Positions 9,739-18,537 of a DNA stretch of 64,000 bases are shown here, piece by piece. How positions within the stretch are numbered: position 1 is the first letter of the stretch; every line of letters begins with the position of its first letter. A program made the position numbers and the translations under genes. Source of the stretch: an uncultured Nitrospiraceae bacterium (GTDB taxonomy: Bacteria > Nitrospirota > Nitrospiria > Nitrospirales > Nitrospiraceae); assembly GCA_963846575.1 (NCBI GenBank), contig CAWJWJ010000001.1, positions 1,152,001-1,216,000 of the forward strand, read 5' to 3'. The notes below the pieces were generated by a model. The model worked only from the letters and a program-made list of their open reading frames with translations. It was not told the origin of the DNA and did no database searches.

Positions 9739-11052
9739 TCAAGAAACCTCCGCCAGATGATTGAACTTGAGCTGTTCCATGACCGGGAGCGGACCGTGGG
9801 CTCGCACACCGACATCCACCCGTGAGAGGGCCAGCACCACATTCTTACCGCCGAACCCGAAGCTGTTGATCAGGGCCTTGCCGATCCGGGAGGGGCGTCC
9901 TTGCAGCGCGACATAATCCAGATCGCACGAAGGATCCGGGTTGGTCAGATGCAACGTAGGCGGAATAAACTGGTGCTCCATGGCCAGCGCCGTGCCGATG
10001 ACCTGGAACGCGCCGCTGGCGGCGAAGGCGTGTCCCAGGGCGGACTTAAAGGAGCTGACAGGCACGCGGTAGGCGTGGGATCCCAGCGATTCTTTGATGG
10101 CCGTCGTCTCGATACTGTCGAGCTCCATGGTCCCCAAACCGCAGGCGTTCACATACTCGACTTCCTCCGGGAACCAACTGGCAGTGACCAGGGCCCGGTC
10201 GATGGCGCGTTTTTGTTCCTTGCCCGATGCCAGGGGGCGCGCCATGGAATAGGCGTCACAGGTGAAGCCCCATCCTTCCAGCTCCGCATACATCGGCGCT
10301 CCGCGCAAACGCGCGTGATCGTAATCTTCAAGAATGAGACAGCCGGCGCCTTCTCCGAGCACCATGCCGCACCGCGTGCGATCGAAGGGCCGTGGCAGGT
10401 TGCGAATCGTGCCGCCTTGATCCGGCGCGAGGACTCGTCCCGCCTCCATTGCCGAAAAAATCGTCGGATGCAGCGGGGCTTCGGTACCGCCCGCGAGGAT
10501 GATGTCGGAATGGCCCGCGCGAATCATTTCGAACGCGCGGCCGATGGCGTTGGCGGTGGAGGAGCATCCGATGGAGTAGGTTTCGCATTCCCCGTTGATG
10601 CCGAGTGCGATGGCGATTTCCCCCGACACGGCGTTGGGGAAGGTGGAGGCCATCGTGAAGGGGCTGAGGTGTTGATGCCGCAGCATGCTGTCATGCGCGG
10701 CAAAGGCTTCCCGGAGGCCGGCGACGGAGGTGCCGAGGCAGATGGCCATCTCCGAACGGTTTTCATGCTCAATGTCCAGCCTCGCATCCCGCACGGCCAT
10801 GAGGGCCGCTGCGACGGCGAAATGGCTGACGCGGCCCATGCGGCGAACCTGTTTGCGGGGAATAAAATCCTCGGCATCGAAGTCTTTGACTTCACCGGCC
10901 AGGCAGGAGGAAAAGGGGGTGGTGTCGAAGGATGAAAGCGGTGCAATTCCGCTCTGGCCTGTGCTGAGCAAGTGCCAAAACGTCTCGAGATTATTCCCTA
11001 GCGGGGACACGATTCCAAGCCCGGTGATGACCACTCTACGCATCTGTCTCAT
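9739..11052 (-). CDS. FabF-like beta-ketoacyl synthase (atypical active site)
   Basis: RRVVITGLG, catalytic Cys in SIGCSS, RPFD...GEGAG, KSALGH, NSFGFGG. The first catalytic His motif reads NACG instead of NAHG. Start 11052 has SD GGAGG. Confidence 0.85.
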   Translation of the reverse strand: MRQMRRVVITGLGIVSPLGNNLETFWHLLSTGQSGIAPLSSFDTTPFSSCLAGEVKDFDAEDFIPRKQVRRMGRVSHFAVAAALMAVRDARLDIEHENRSEMAICLGTSVAGLREAFAAHDSMLRHQHLSPFTMASTFPNAVSGEIAIALGINGECETYSIGCSSTANAIGRAFEMIRAGHSDIILAGGTEAPLHPTIFSAMEAGRVLAPDQGGTIRNLPRPFDRTRCGMVLGEGAGCLILEDYDHARLRGAPMYAELEGWGFTCDAYSMARPLASGKEQKRAIDRALVTASWFPEEVEYVNACGLGTMELDSIETTAIKESLGSHAYRVPVSSFKSALGHAFAASGAFQVIGTALAMEHQFIPPTLHLTNPDPSCDLDYVALQGRPSRIGKALINSFGFGGKNVVLALSRVDVGVRAHGPLPVMEQLKFNHLAEVS

Positions 11053-11068
11053 GGGTTCAACCTCCCTG

Positions 11069-12367
11069 TTACGATCGTTGACTGTCTCGACATTCTTCAC
11101 CCTCATGCCACGCCATAAGGTGTTCAAGATGGTTCTGTGATACGGCGGACCGCGGGTAGTATGTGTCGTAGAAATTCAGATCCAGATGATGCGCCTGGCA
11201 GGCCACGATGGATTTGAATGCGTCGACGTGGGCGGGAAATCGTCCATAGGTGCGAACGACGTACTCGCAGAAGGCGACGGTGGCGGCGATGCTCTGCTCC
11301 GAGTGTCGCGGGATTTGCGGTTTGATGGCGGGATTGCTCCAGGGCTGGGAGTCCGGTGTGACGTAGAGACCGGAGGCGCCGAACTTGGAATCGATCAGGC
11401 TCAGCACCGCGGCCTCCATGCTTCCGACCATGGGTGGCGTGGGCGCTTCCCAGATCCCGGGAAGTCCGATGGGATTCGGCCGGCGAGGCCCGGTCGTGGG
11501 CATGTGGAATTGAAAACCGAGTCCCGGGACGAGGTGTGGCTCGATGCCCAGAAGGTGACGTCCGCTGCCGACGCTGTGAATCCCACCTCCCAATCCAATG
11601 GCCTGTTCCATGAGAAAAATGTGTTCGGCGACGATCCCCTGCTCCTGGACGGCGGTATCGCTGATGGCGCTGTCGAGATCGCGCAACGTCATCGTGCGGC
11701 GTTTCACCGGATCGTCATGGAGGTGGCCGCCGCGGCTTTTTCTGAACCGGTCAAGTCCGCAGGCCTCGTTGGCATTGTCGGTATCCACGATGAAATAGCC
11801 GTATTCGTCGCTGAGCAGGACGAGGAGGAGGTTGAGATACACGCTCGCGATTTCAGTGACCGGAATGAAGTAGGTGCTGCCCGGCCGGTTGGCGTACCAC
11901 TGATTGAAACTGAGCATGAACGGAAGCTGCCGGGGAATGTCCAACCGCTGCGCGGAGAGTTCCCTCACCTTCGTCATAGCCGGATCTTCCGGAACGGCGG
12001 ACTCGGTGACGAAGTAGGTGCCTGTGTCGTTGGTGAAAAAGAGACGGGTCGTCTGGGCCGCACAGGCGCTGGGCACCGTACGTCCCTGAAGATTCATGAT
12101 CGCCATCCCCTGGCCGTCCTCGGCCTGAGGCCGCGCCGAAAACTGCATGTCCGCCGTGTGAGGGCCGGTCTTTCCCACTCCTGCGAAGATGAGGTGCCGC
12201 TCTTCTTCCGCGCTCAAGGGTAGGGGGGGCAAAGAACTTTTATACTGCAGCGGGCCGGCGGGCAGTTCCATCCCACGGCCGAATCGCCGGGTTTTTCGTT
12301 GCTCCAGCAAGTCAAGCAATGTTCGGACGGATGCGGATCGGGAAACGTGGCACGTTGAATTCTCCAT
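11069..12367 (-). CDS. Conserved hypothetical protein, nitroreductase/SagB-like fold suspected
   Basis: N-terminal R-K-T-R-R-F, 'PLSAEEE' and 'RTVPSA' resemble FMN-binding motifs (RRSxRxF, RxxPSA) of nitroreductase-like proteins; strong SD AAGGAGGAGG. Confidence 0.55.
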   Translation of the reverse strand: MENSTCHVSRSASVRTLLDLLEQRKTRRFGRGMELPAGPLQYKSSLPPLPLSAEEERHLIFAGVGKTGPHTADMQFSARPQAEDGQGMAIMNLQGRTVPSACAAQTTRLFFTNDTGTYFVTESAVPEDPAMTKVRELSAQRLDIPRQLPFMLSFNQWYANRPGSTYFIPVTEIASVYLNLLLVLLSDEYGYFIVDTDNANEACGLDRFRKSRGGHLHDDPVKRRTMTLRDLDSAISDTAVQEQGIVAEHIFLMEQAIGLGGGIHSVGSGRHLLGIEPHLVPGLGFQFHMPTTGPRRPNPIGLPGIWEAPTPPMVGSMEAAVLSLIDSKFGASGLYVTPDSQPWSNPAIKPQIPRHSEQSIAATVAFCEYVVRTYGRFPAHVDAFKSIVACQAHHLDLNFYDTYYPRSAVSQNHLEHLMAWHEGEECRDSQRS

Positions 12368-12462
12368 GTCCTCCTCCTTCTATCGACCGCTGGTTCGTGG
12401 GGCCCGGAAGCCGCTCGTTCGCCGGATGATGGGCCACCCTACTGGAAACATTTGAACAAGGA

Positions 12463-12482
12463 ACCTACCCGGGCGGGTAGGT
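12463..12482. promoter_or_regulatory. lux-box-like 20-bp palindrome in a divergent promoter
   Basis: ACCTACCCG-GG-CGGGTAGGT: perfect 9-bp arms with the ACCT-N12-AGGT frame of canonical lux boxes; -10-like hexamers 21 nt away on each side. Confidence 0.75.
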
Positions 12483-12619
12483 GTCAAAGATTGGCCGCAG
12501 GCCTATGGTGCGATGGCGACGAGGTGAGCTTCGAGGCGGACTACGTAAAGAGCGACAACGCGCATACTTTTTCCTGTCTCCCCGCAGTCGCAGGGAGGCG
12601 CCAACAAGGAGGCATGCAC

Positions 12620-14176
12620 ATGGCAGAGTCAACTCCTACCGGATGCCCGTACCATTCATCGGCCGGCATGAATTCGAGCGCGACGCGAGTCTCTGCACCA
12701 TCCGGACGCACCCTGGCCGACCTACCCGGCCCTAAAGGACTTCCGATCCTGGGGAATCTCCTGCAACTCGACTTGAAGCATCTGCATAGCGTGCTCGAGC
12801 AATGGGCGCAGGAATATGGCGCGATGTATCAATTCCGGATCGCTCACAAGGCCGTCGTGGCGGTGACTGACAGTGACTTGATCAACGAAGTGTTGCGCAA
12901 GCGGCCGGATGCCTATCGACGTCTCAACGCCATCGAGCCGGTGCTCAAGGAAATGGGCATCAACGGGGTGTTTTCCGCCGAGGGAGATCATTGGTACCGA
13001 CAACGACGGATTGCCATGCAGGCGCTCAACAACGCCCACCTGCGTCAGTTTTTTGAGACCCTCGTGAAAGTGACGGGACGATTAAAGTCCAGGTGGGATC
13101 GGGCCGTCGCGAAGGGCGGCCACGTGGAGGCGCAGAAGGATCTCACCCGCTACACCATCGATGTGACCGCCAATCTGGCGTTCGGGTACGACGTGAATAC
13201 GTTGGAGACGGACGGCGACGATCTCCAAGGCCATCTTGAGCGGATCTTTCCCATGGTCAACCGCCGGATCAATGCGCCGTTTCCCTATTGGCACTTTGTG
13301 AAGCTGCCGGCCGACCGCGCATTGGAAGAGTCCCTGGCCTTCGTGCATAAGGCGATTCGCGGCTACATCGCTCACAGCCGGGCGCGATTGGCGACCGATC
13401 CTGAACTGCTGGCGCATCCCACCAACTTCCTGGAGGCCATGCTGGCCACCCAAGAGGGGGAAGGTTCGGAATTCACCGACGAAGAAATTTCCGGTAACGT
13501 CCTCACGATGCTATTGGGAGGGGAAGACTCCACGGCCGCGACCATGGCCTGGATATTCCATTTCCTTATGGACCATCCCGACATTCAGGCGCGTGTCCAG
13601 ACGGAAGTCGACGAGGTCCTGGGCGGGAGCGAAATGCTCACGAACTATCGCGATCATGAGCGATTGCCCTATGTGGAAGCCGTCGCTTTCGAGACCATGC
13701 GGTTGAAGTCGGTCTTCCCCGTGCTGTTTTTAGGGACCAATCAGGATGTAGAGCTGGGTGGCGTGCGGATTCCGGCAGGCACGGCCATTTTCCTGCTGAC
13801 CCGGCAATGCGGCATGCAGGAGGAATCCTTCGCGTCGCCGCACCAGTTTTTGCCCGAACGGTGGTTGACCCCTCGCACAGGAGTTCAGGAGGGACACAAT
13901 CCGAAAGCGTTCGTGCCCTTCGGGGCCGGTCCGCGTTTTTGTCCGGGAAGAAACCTGGCGCTGCTGGAGATCAAAGCCATCTTGGCGATGCTCTGCCGGA
14001 ATTTTTCGATTTCGAAACCGGTCGATGCCCCACCGGTCGGAGAGCAGTTCGGGTTCCTGATGGCCCCCGCGAATCTGTCCGTGGACATGCACAGACGGCA
14101 CGACGCGCCTGCCTCCAACGGCGAGGAGATTCCGCATGCCGGTCTGGAGCATCCGTTTGCAACCACTGTGTCGTGA
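12620..14176 (+). CDS. Cytochrome P450
   Basis: LPGPKGLPILGN, I-helix GGEDST, ExxR (ETMR), PERW, heme motif FGAGPRFCPG; SD AAGGAGG before ATG 12620. Confidence 0.95.
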   Translation: MAESTPTGCPYHSSAGMNSSATRVSAPSGRTLADLPGPKGLPILGNLLQLDLKHLHSVLEQWAQEYGAMYQFRIAHKAVVAVTDSDLINEVLRKRPDAYRRLNAIEPVLKEMGINGVFSAEGDHWYRQRRIAMQALNNAHLRQFFETLVKVTGRLKSRWDRAVAKGGHVEAQKDLTRYTIDVTANLAFGYDVNTLETDGDDLQGHLERIFPMVNRRINAPFPYWHFVKLPADRALEESLAFVHKAIRGYIAHSRARLATDPELLAHPTNFLEAMLATQEGEGSEFTDEEISGNVLTMLLGGEDSTAATMAWIFHFLMDHPDIQARVQTEVDEVLGGSEMLTNYRDHERLPYVEAVAFETMRLKSVFPVLFLGTNQDVELGGVRIPAGTAIFLLTRQCGMQEESFASPHQFLPERWLTPRTGVQEGHNPKAFVPFGAGPRFCPGRNLALLEIKAILAMLCRNFSISKPVDAPPVGEQFGFLMAPANLSVDMHRRHDAPASNGEEIPHAGLEHPFATTVS

Positions 14177-14216
14177 GGCCGGGCGAGGGAAATGGCCGTG
14201 CGCGGAGAGACGGACG

Positions 14217-15071
14217 TTACCGTCCGAGCGATGAGGGGCGGAGCCCGTCGCTGCCGCGCGGAGGCATGTCGATGGATGGAGACGATGCGGGTTGCTGCCG
14301 GGGGGAGGGTGGAACGATCAGGCCGGCGGTACTATTCTGCCACTGGGCGACCGCCGCCCAGCGATTCTCCACGCCGCCCAGCTTTTGATACACATTCTTG
14401 AGGTGGAACTTCACCGTGTTGAGGCTGACGTGCAGAATGATCGAGATTTCCCAGTTCGTTTTGCCTTCGGCCACCCATCGCATGATCTCTTCTTCGCGCG
14501 CCGTCAGCACCGCCTGGTGAGCCGGCTGCTGGTCCTCGCCCGGACGGCTCGTCGCGCGGAGATAGGCCAGATGAAAATGTGGCGCGAGGATCTGCATCAT
14601 GGTGCGCAACCGGAGCAAGAGTTTCTGGTCGAAGTTGCTGAAGGCATAATAGGTGCAGAATCCGAGCACCCCGCGCACCCCTACCGTGAGGCAGGTCTTG
14701 ATACCGGCGTCCAGTTTGAGGTTGATGACTTCACGGGGAATCGGCATGTCCAGACAGTCTTCGCTGGATACCGTCCCGATATGGGTTTGTTGAAGAAGCT
14801 GAATCGCGGGATCGGTGACATACCCCTGGGTGGCATACAGATGGGTATGCTCCTCCCCATAGGTCGAATGTCCGATCTGTAATTGTTTTTTCTGAAGATG
14901 GAATGAGCCATTGGCGGAGAATCGATGGGGGACGAGAGAGCCGACAGCCTCCGCGAGGTCGGGAAGCTGGTCCCGATCCTGAATTTTTCGCACCCGCTCC
15001 ATGATTTCTCCCATGTGCTGAAATTCCTTGCGGGAGAGATACTGAAGACTTTCAGGTCCGCGAAAGATCAT
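14217..15071 (-). CDS. LuxR-family (QS-type) regulator with autoinducer-binding-like domain; no luxI in window (LuxR solo)
   Basis: Y..GYVTDP in the N-domain; C-terminal HTH LTAREEEIMRWVAEGKTNWEISIILHVSLNTVKFHLKNVYQKLG. Confidence 0.85.
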   Translation of the reverse strand: MIFRGPESLQYLSRKEFQHMGEIMERVRKIQDRDQLPDLAEAVGSLVPHRFSANGSFHLQKKQLQIGHSTYGEEHTHLYATQGYVTDPAIQLLQQTHIGTVSSEDCLDMPIPREVINLKLDAGIKTCLTVGVRGVLGFCTYYAFSNFDQKLLLRLRTMMQILAPHFHLAYLRATSRPGEDQQPAHQAVLTAREEEIMRWVAEGKTNWEISIILHVSLNTVKFHLKNVYQKLGGVENRWAAVAQWQNSTAGLIVPPSPRQQPASSPSIDMPPRGSDGLRPSSLGR

Positions 15072-15364
15072 GGTACGACCTCACTCCCGTGAATCCTGGG
15101 GCCCGGACATCACGTCAAGACGCGTTGCGGATTGGCCGGCCAAATCCTGATTTGAAGACCCTGTCTCACACCACACCATTCGAGCAGGCTGAAACTTATC
15201 TACACGAACATCTGACTGAGGCATAGCGTCCTTCCAATGCGGTGAATTCGTGCACGGAAGTAGAAGCGATGGGAACACGCGGGTTGAAATTGAGAACCTG
15301 GTCCGGCCTCATGCGGTAGTACCCTGGTGGAGCATGCCGATTGTACCCCTCAGCCAGGACATAG

Positions 15365-15412
15365 CTAGGGTCGTTCGAACCTAGTATAGAGTGCCGGCGA
15401 GCCCAACCGCAA
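15365..15412 (-). promoter_or_regulatory. Putative luxR promoter overlapped by an imperfect 20-bp palindrome
   Basis: Minus strand TTGCGG (15412-15407), 18-nt spacer, TATACT (15388-15383); palindrome CTAGGGTCGTTCGAACCTAG at 15365-15384 (16/20 symmetric). Confidence 0.4.
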
Positions 15413-15467
15413 TCCAGAAAAGCTCGCGCAGAAAGTCGTGGCTGCACGCCGGATATGCTGACCGTCG

Positions 15468-16451
15468 TCAACGCTGGACCTTCAGCGTGGGGCCGAGGGC
15501 GAGCCACTTTGTCGGGCCGATCGCGGCCATGTGAGGGAGATGGGCGACATACCAGAACACGAGGTCCTGCTCCTGCACGCCTTGATTGTCTTCATCATAG
15601 CCGAGCTGCCCGCGGGCTCCGAATACCCAGGGGATGTCTTCGTCGGGATTGGCCCGGCGGATCGCCACATCGTGGTCGGCGAAATTATCGCGTTCTCCGT
15701 CGTCCTTGAGTGGTGCGTAGCCCTCGCCCGGCAGGATCCAAATGCCATGTCCGGTCGGCTGATCACGGACGAACCAGATTCGATGGGTGCTGAGGTTTTT
15801 GACGTCGTTGCGTTCGTTCACGTATTTTTTCCAGCCCGGTCCCCAGCCCTGATCGGATCCTCCGTCATCGTGGAGGAAGACCTGGTCCATGCCGTTGCCG
15901 TTAATGTCAAAATCAAACCGCCAGTAGGGATGGTGTACGTGGTCGGTGTTACAGGAAAGGCCGCGACTGTGAACAACGGGCCGTAACTCGCCATCGTCTG
16001 AGAGGTGCCAGGATTGATAGATATGGTATTCGCCGATCCTGGCGTAGATGCCGAGTTCCAGCCACTTCACCCCCCCTACGCTGGAGCTCTCGACACAGAC
16101 CTTGTGGTTACCGCAGTTCACAATCGGGACCAGATCCTGCCAGCGCAACCGGTCTTGAAAGGGGCCGCAGCGGCCGCTGTCGGCGCGGGAACCGAACCAG
16201 GTGAAGGGATTCCACCACCGGCGTTCTTTGACGTATTTCACCCGCACGACCGGCATGCTGGCTTTGGCCAGAACCGGTTCACCGCCGTAGACAAGATGTC
16301 GAAGCGCGAGGCCGGTGCTGTCTTTGACTTCGTAGTCGAAACTCCAGCGCCCCCAATCGAGATGTTCCGACAGCTGCTCCGCCGAACCGGGCAGCGGCAG
16401 GGCCAAGGCCAGGGTCCAGAACAGCACGGCAAGCAGTGCAATGCGTGTCAT
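15468..16451 (-). CDS. Secreted protein resembling the catalytic domain of copper amine oxidases
   Basis: Signal peptide (MTRIALL...GSA-E); GRWSF...GLAL...VLAKASM, IGEYHIYQSWHLSDDGEL, HVHHPYWRFDFDI, DLVFWYVAHLPH align by eye with CAO motifs. Confidence 0.6.
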   Translation of the reverse strand: MTRIALLAVLFWTLALALPLPGSAEQLSEHLDWGRWSFDYEVKDSTGLALRHLVYGGEPVLAKASMPVVRVKYVKERRWWNPFTWFGSRADSGRCGPFQDRLRWQDLVPIVNCGNHKVCVESSSVGGVKWLELGIYARIGEYHIYQSWHLSDDGELRPVVHSRGLSCNTDHVHHPYWRFDFDINGNGMDQVFLHDDGGSDQGWGPGWKKYVNERNDVKNLSTHRIWFVRDQPTGHGIWILPGEGYAPLKDDGERDNFADHDVAIRRANPDEDIPWVFGARGQLGYDEDNQGVQEQDLVFWYVAHLPHMAAIGPTKWLALGPTLKVQR

Positions 16452-16470
16452 GCGGTATCCTTTCGCTTGT

Positions 16471-17268
16471 CTATCGGGGCGGTTCATCCCCAGCGTCCAG
16501 CACACGATCATCGGTCAGATCCACCTGCGCCCAATACCTGGGGTCGCCATCCTGTCCCTGGGAGAAGGTAATCCAGATGACCCGGTGTTGATAGCCGGGA
16601 TCGTGCTTGAAGAATCCGCGATCCGGCTGCATGAGGAGCCCGTGTCCCTGCAGAGACCCCACCTTTCCGGCGAGCCGTGCATCGGCGCGGGCTAACTCGA
16701 TCCCCCGCTGAACATCCTGCGGTCCTTCGGGGGGCAGATAGCCTTCCTGTCGCGAGGCCTGCAGCACGGACCGGTCCTTCATGCGCACGAAGATGGCGAC
16801 GTTGTTACTGTAGCTGAAGTAGGTCAATCTGGTGAATCGCGCCTCATTTCGGCAGCAACCGTAGGAGACTTTGCCTTCCGGCGGCAGACGATCCGCATCA
16901 ATAAACGTCCAGCGGGTACCCAGGAGGGCAGTCACCTTGGGATCGCCTTCGGCCGCTTTTCGCATCGCGGTCATCTCCGAGTCCGACAGGACGGCTGCGT
17001 CATTGGGCGACCGCATGACGGCCGCCTCGATGACCGTTCCCGCCATCTTGGGTTTGATGTGCCCGACGGATTCGTCGGCCGTAAATCCCAGGGTGTGTCT
17101 GGTTGGTATGTGAGCCGGAAGCGGCGTTTTGGGAATGGCGGTTTCTGGATCTTCCGGCCCGAACGGCCCACGAGAACCGGCATCGAGGCTGCAGCCGATC
17201 TGGATGATGCAGGGCAGCGAGACGAGGCAGAACGAGATGGCTAGTCGGCGGTTCACGCGGGGCCTCAC
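16471..17268 (-). CDS. Lipoprotein, possibly equivalent to the N-terminal (N2/N3) domains of copper amine oxidases
   Basis: Lipobox-like IQIG-C; two alpha/beta repeats, ending YWAQVDLTDDRVL; GTGA overlap with the upstream gene. Confidence 0.5.
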   Translation of the reverse strand: MRPRVNRRLAISFCLVSLPCIIQIGCSLDAGSRGPFGPEDPETAIPKTPLPAHIPTRHTLGFTADESVGHIKPKMAGTVIEAAVMRSPNDAAVLSDSEMTAMRKAAEGDPKVTALLGTRWTFIDADRLPPEGKVSYGCCRNEARFTRLTYFSYSNNVAIFVRMKDRSVLQASRQEGYLPPEGPQDVQRGIELARADARLAGKVGSLQGHGLLMQPDRGFFKHDPGYQHRVIWITFSQGQDGDPRYWAQVDLTDDRVLDAGDEPPR

Positions 17269-17786
17269 ACGACCGCCAGTTTGCCGGCGACGCCGAGCGC
17301 CAATCTGGACAACTGGGCCGCGGCCTTGATGACGGCGGCCCGTTTCTTCCGGGAAGCCCCATCGAGCACGGCCCTGCTCAAGAGATCTTTACACACGGTG
17401 ATGTCGTCGGCTTCAAAGGGAACGATGCGGGCTATCGTGTCGTTGTTGAAGGTATTGGCCAGTTGTACATAGAGATTGGAGATTTCTGCTGCGTAGATCC
17501 CTCGCCGCAGAGGGTCGTTCTTATAGGTTTCAAACTTCTTCCGCAGAGCGGCTACGGCATCCAGCAATGCCGTTTGACGAACTTTGGTCTCATCCTGACG
17601 GCAGACCGCGAATTCTACGGTCCCTAACTGATCGACCAGGCTTTGTGCTTCGTCCCGCGCATGGTCCACACGCGTAGCCAGTTGTTCGATATCAGTGGCG
17701 GCGCTTTCGGCTGTCTCCATCAGTTGCTTGATCAAACTGTCATTGTTTTGGAGATAGGTGACCACTCCCTCGATGCTGCGGTTCAT
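17265..17786 (-). CDS. Hypothetical alpha-helical/coiled-coil protein
   Basis: 173 aa; SD GGAGG; heptad-like helices; tightly packed in the operon. Confidence 0.7.
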   Translation of the reverse strand: MNRSIEGVVTYLQNNDSLIKQLMETAESAATDIEQLATRVDHARDEAQSLVDQLGTVEFAVCRQDETKVRQTALLDAVAALRKKFETYKNDPLRRGIYAAEISNLYVQLANTFNNDTIARIVPFEADDITVCKDLLSRAVLDGASRKKRAAVIKAAAQLSRLALGVAGKLAVV

Positions 17787-17797
17787 AGAGGCCTCCC

Positions 17798-18505
17798 TTA
17801 CTGCCCCTCGTCCTTCTTCAGGCGGTCGAGGAGTTCCACCAGGTCGGCGGTGAAGTTCTGTGCCCGCGCCAATCCGCCGACCCGCAGGATACGCGCGCCG
17901 ACGATTTCCTCCAGCGCGTCATTCACCGTGCGTGAGCGATTCAAGACTCCCATGATCTGCTCGGATCGGCCGGGAGCGTGATCCAGGATTGCGCCGACGA
18001 ATTCAGGATCGACGGATGCCAGAGCCGACTGTCTCGCGAAGCGCGTGAGTTGAGCATGGAGGGTCGCCGTCTGCTTCCATGAGTCGTTGAGGGCATTGGC
18101 CGTATCCCGGAGACCGCAGAAATCCTCTTCAAATTGGTCCCAGACTGCCTTCTCCAGTCCCTGTGCATCGGCCATATACATGAGGCTCACGAGATAGGCC
18201 GCGGCATAGGCGGACTCGCCCTTTTTGTTGGTCACGTTCCGGAACGACTCCATAACAAAGCGGTGTTTGGTTTCGAGGGTCTGAAGCGATTTGAAGCTCT
18301 CATGCAGGGAACTGCGGGCATCCTCCAGGAATTTGATTCGGGCTTCTGTCTCTTTCTGGAACAGATCGATGTTGGTCTGCGCGGCATCGATCTTTATGCC
18401 CTCCAACTGGATGAGATCCCGCACGGAGCTGCTGTGGATGGAATGGCAGCCGGTTGCAGCGAGGAGTACCAGAACCATGAATATCGGCGTACGGAGCCGA
18501 ATCAT
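17798..18505 (-). CDS. Hypothetical helical lipoprotein
   Basis: MIRLRTPIFMVLVLLAATG-C lipobox; SD AAGGAG before 18505 (alternative start 18541). Confidence 0.7.
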   Translation of the reverse strand: MIRLRTPIFMVLVLLAATGCHSIHSSSVRDLIQLEGIKIDAAQTNIDLFQKETEARIKFLEDARSSLHESFKSLQTLETKHRFVMESFRNVTNKKGESAYAAAYLVSLMYMADAQGLEKAVWDQFEEDFCGLRDTANALNDSWKQTATLHAQLTRFARQSALASVDPEFVGAILDHAPGRSEQIMGVLNRSRTVNDALEEIVGARILRVGGLARAQNFTADLVELLDRLKKDEGQ

Positions 18506-18537
18506 GGCCCGCTCCTTCTTCCCGCCGTCCGGCCCGG

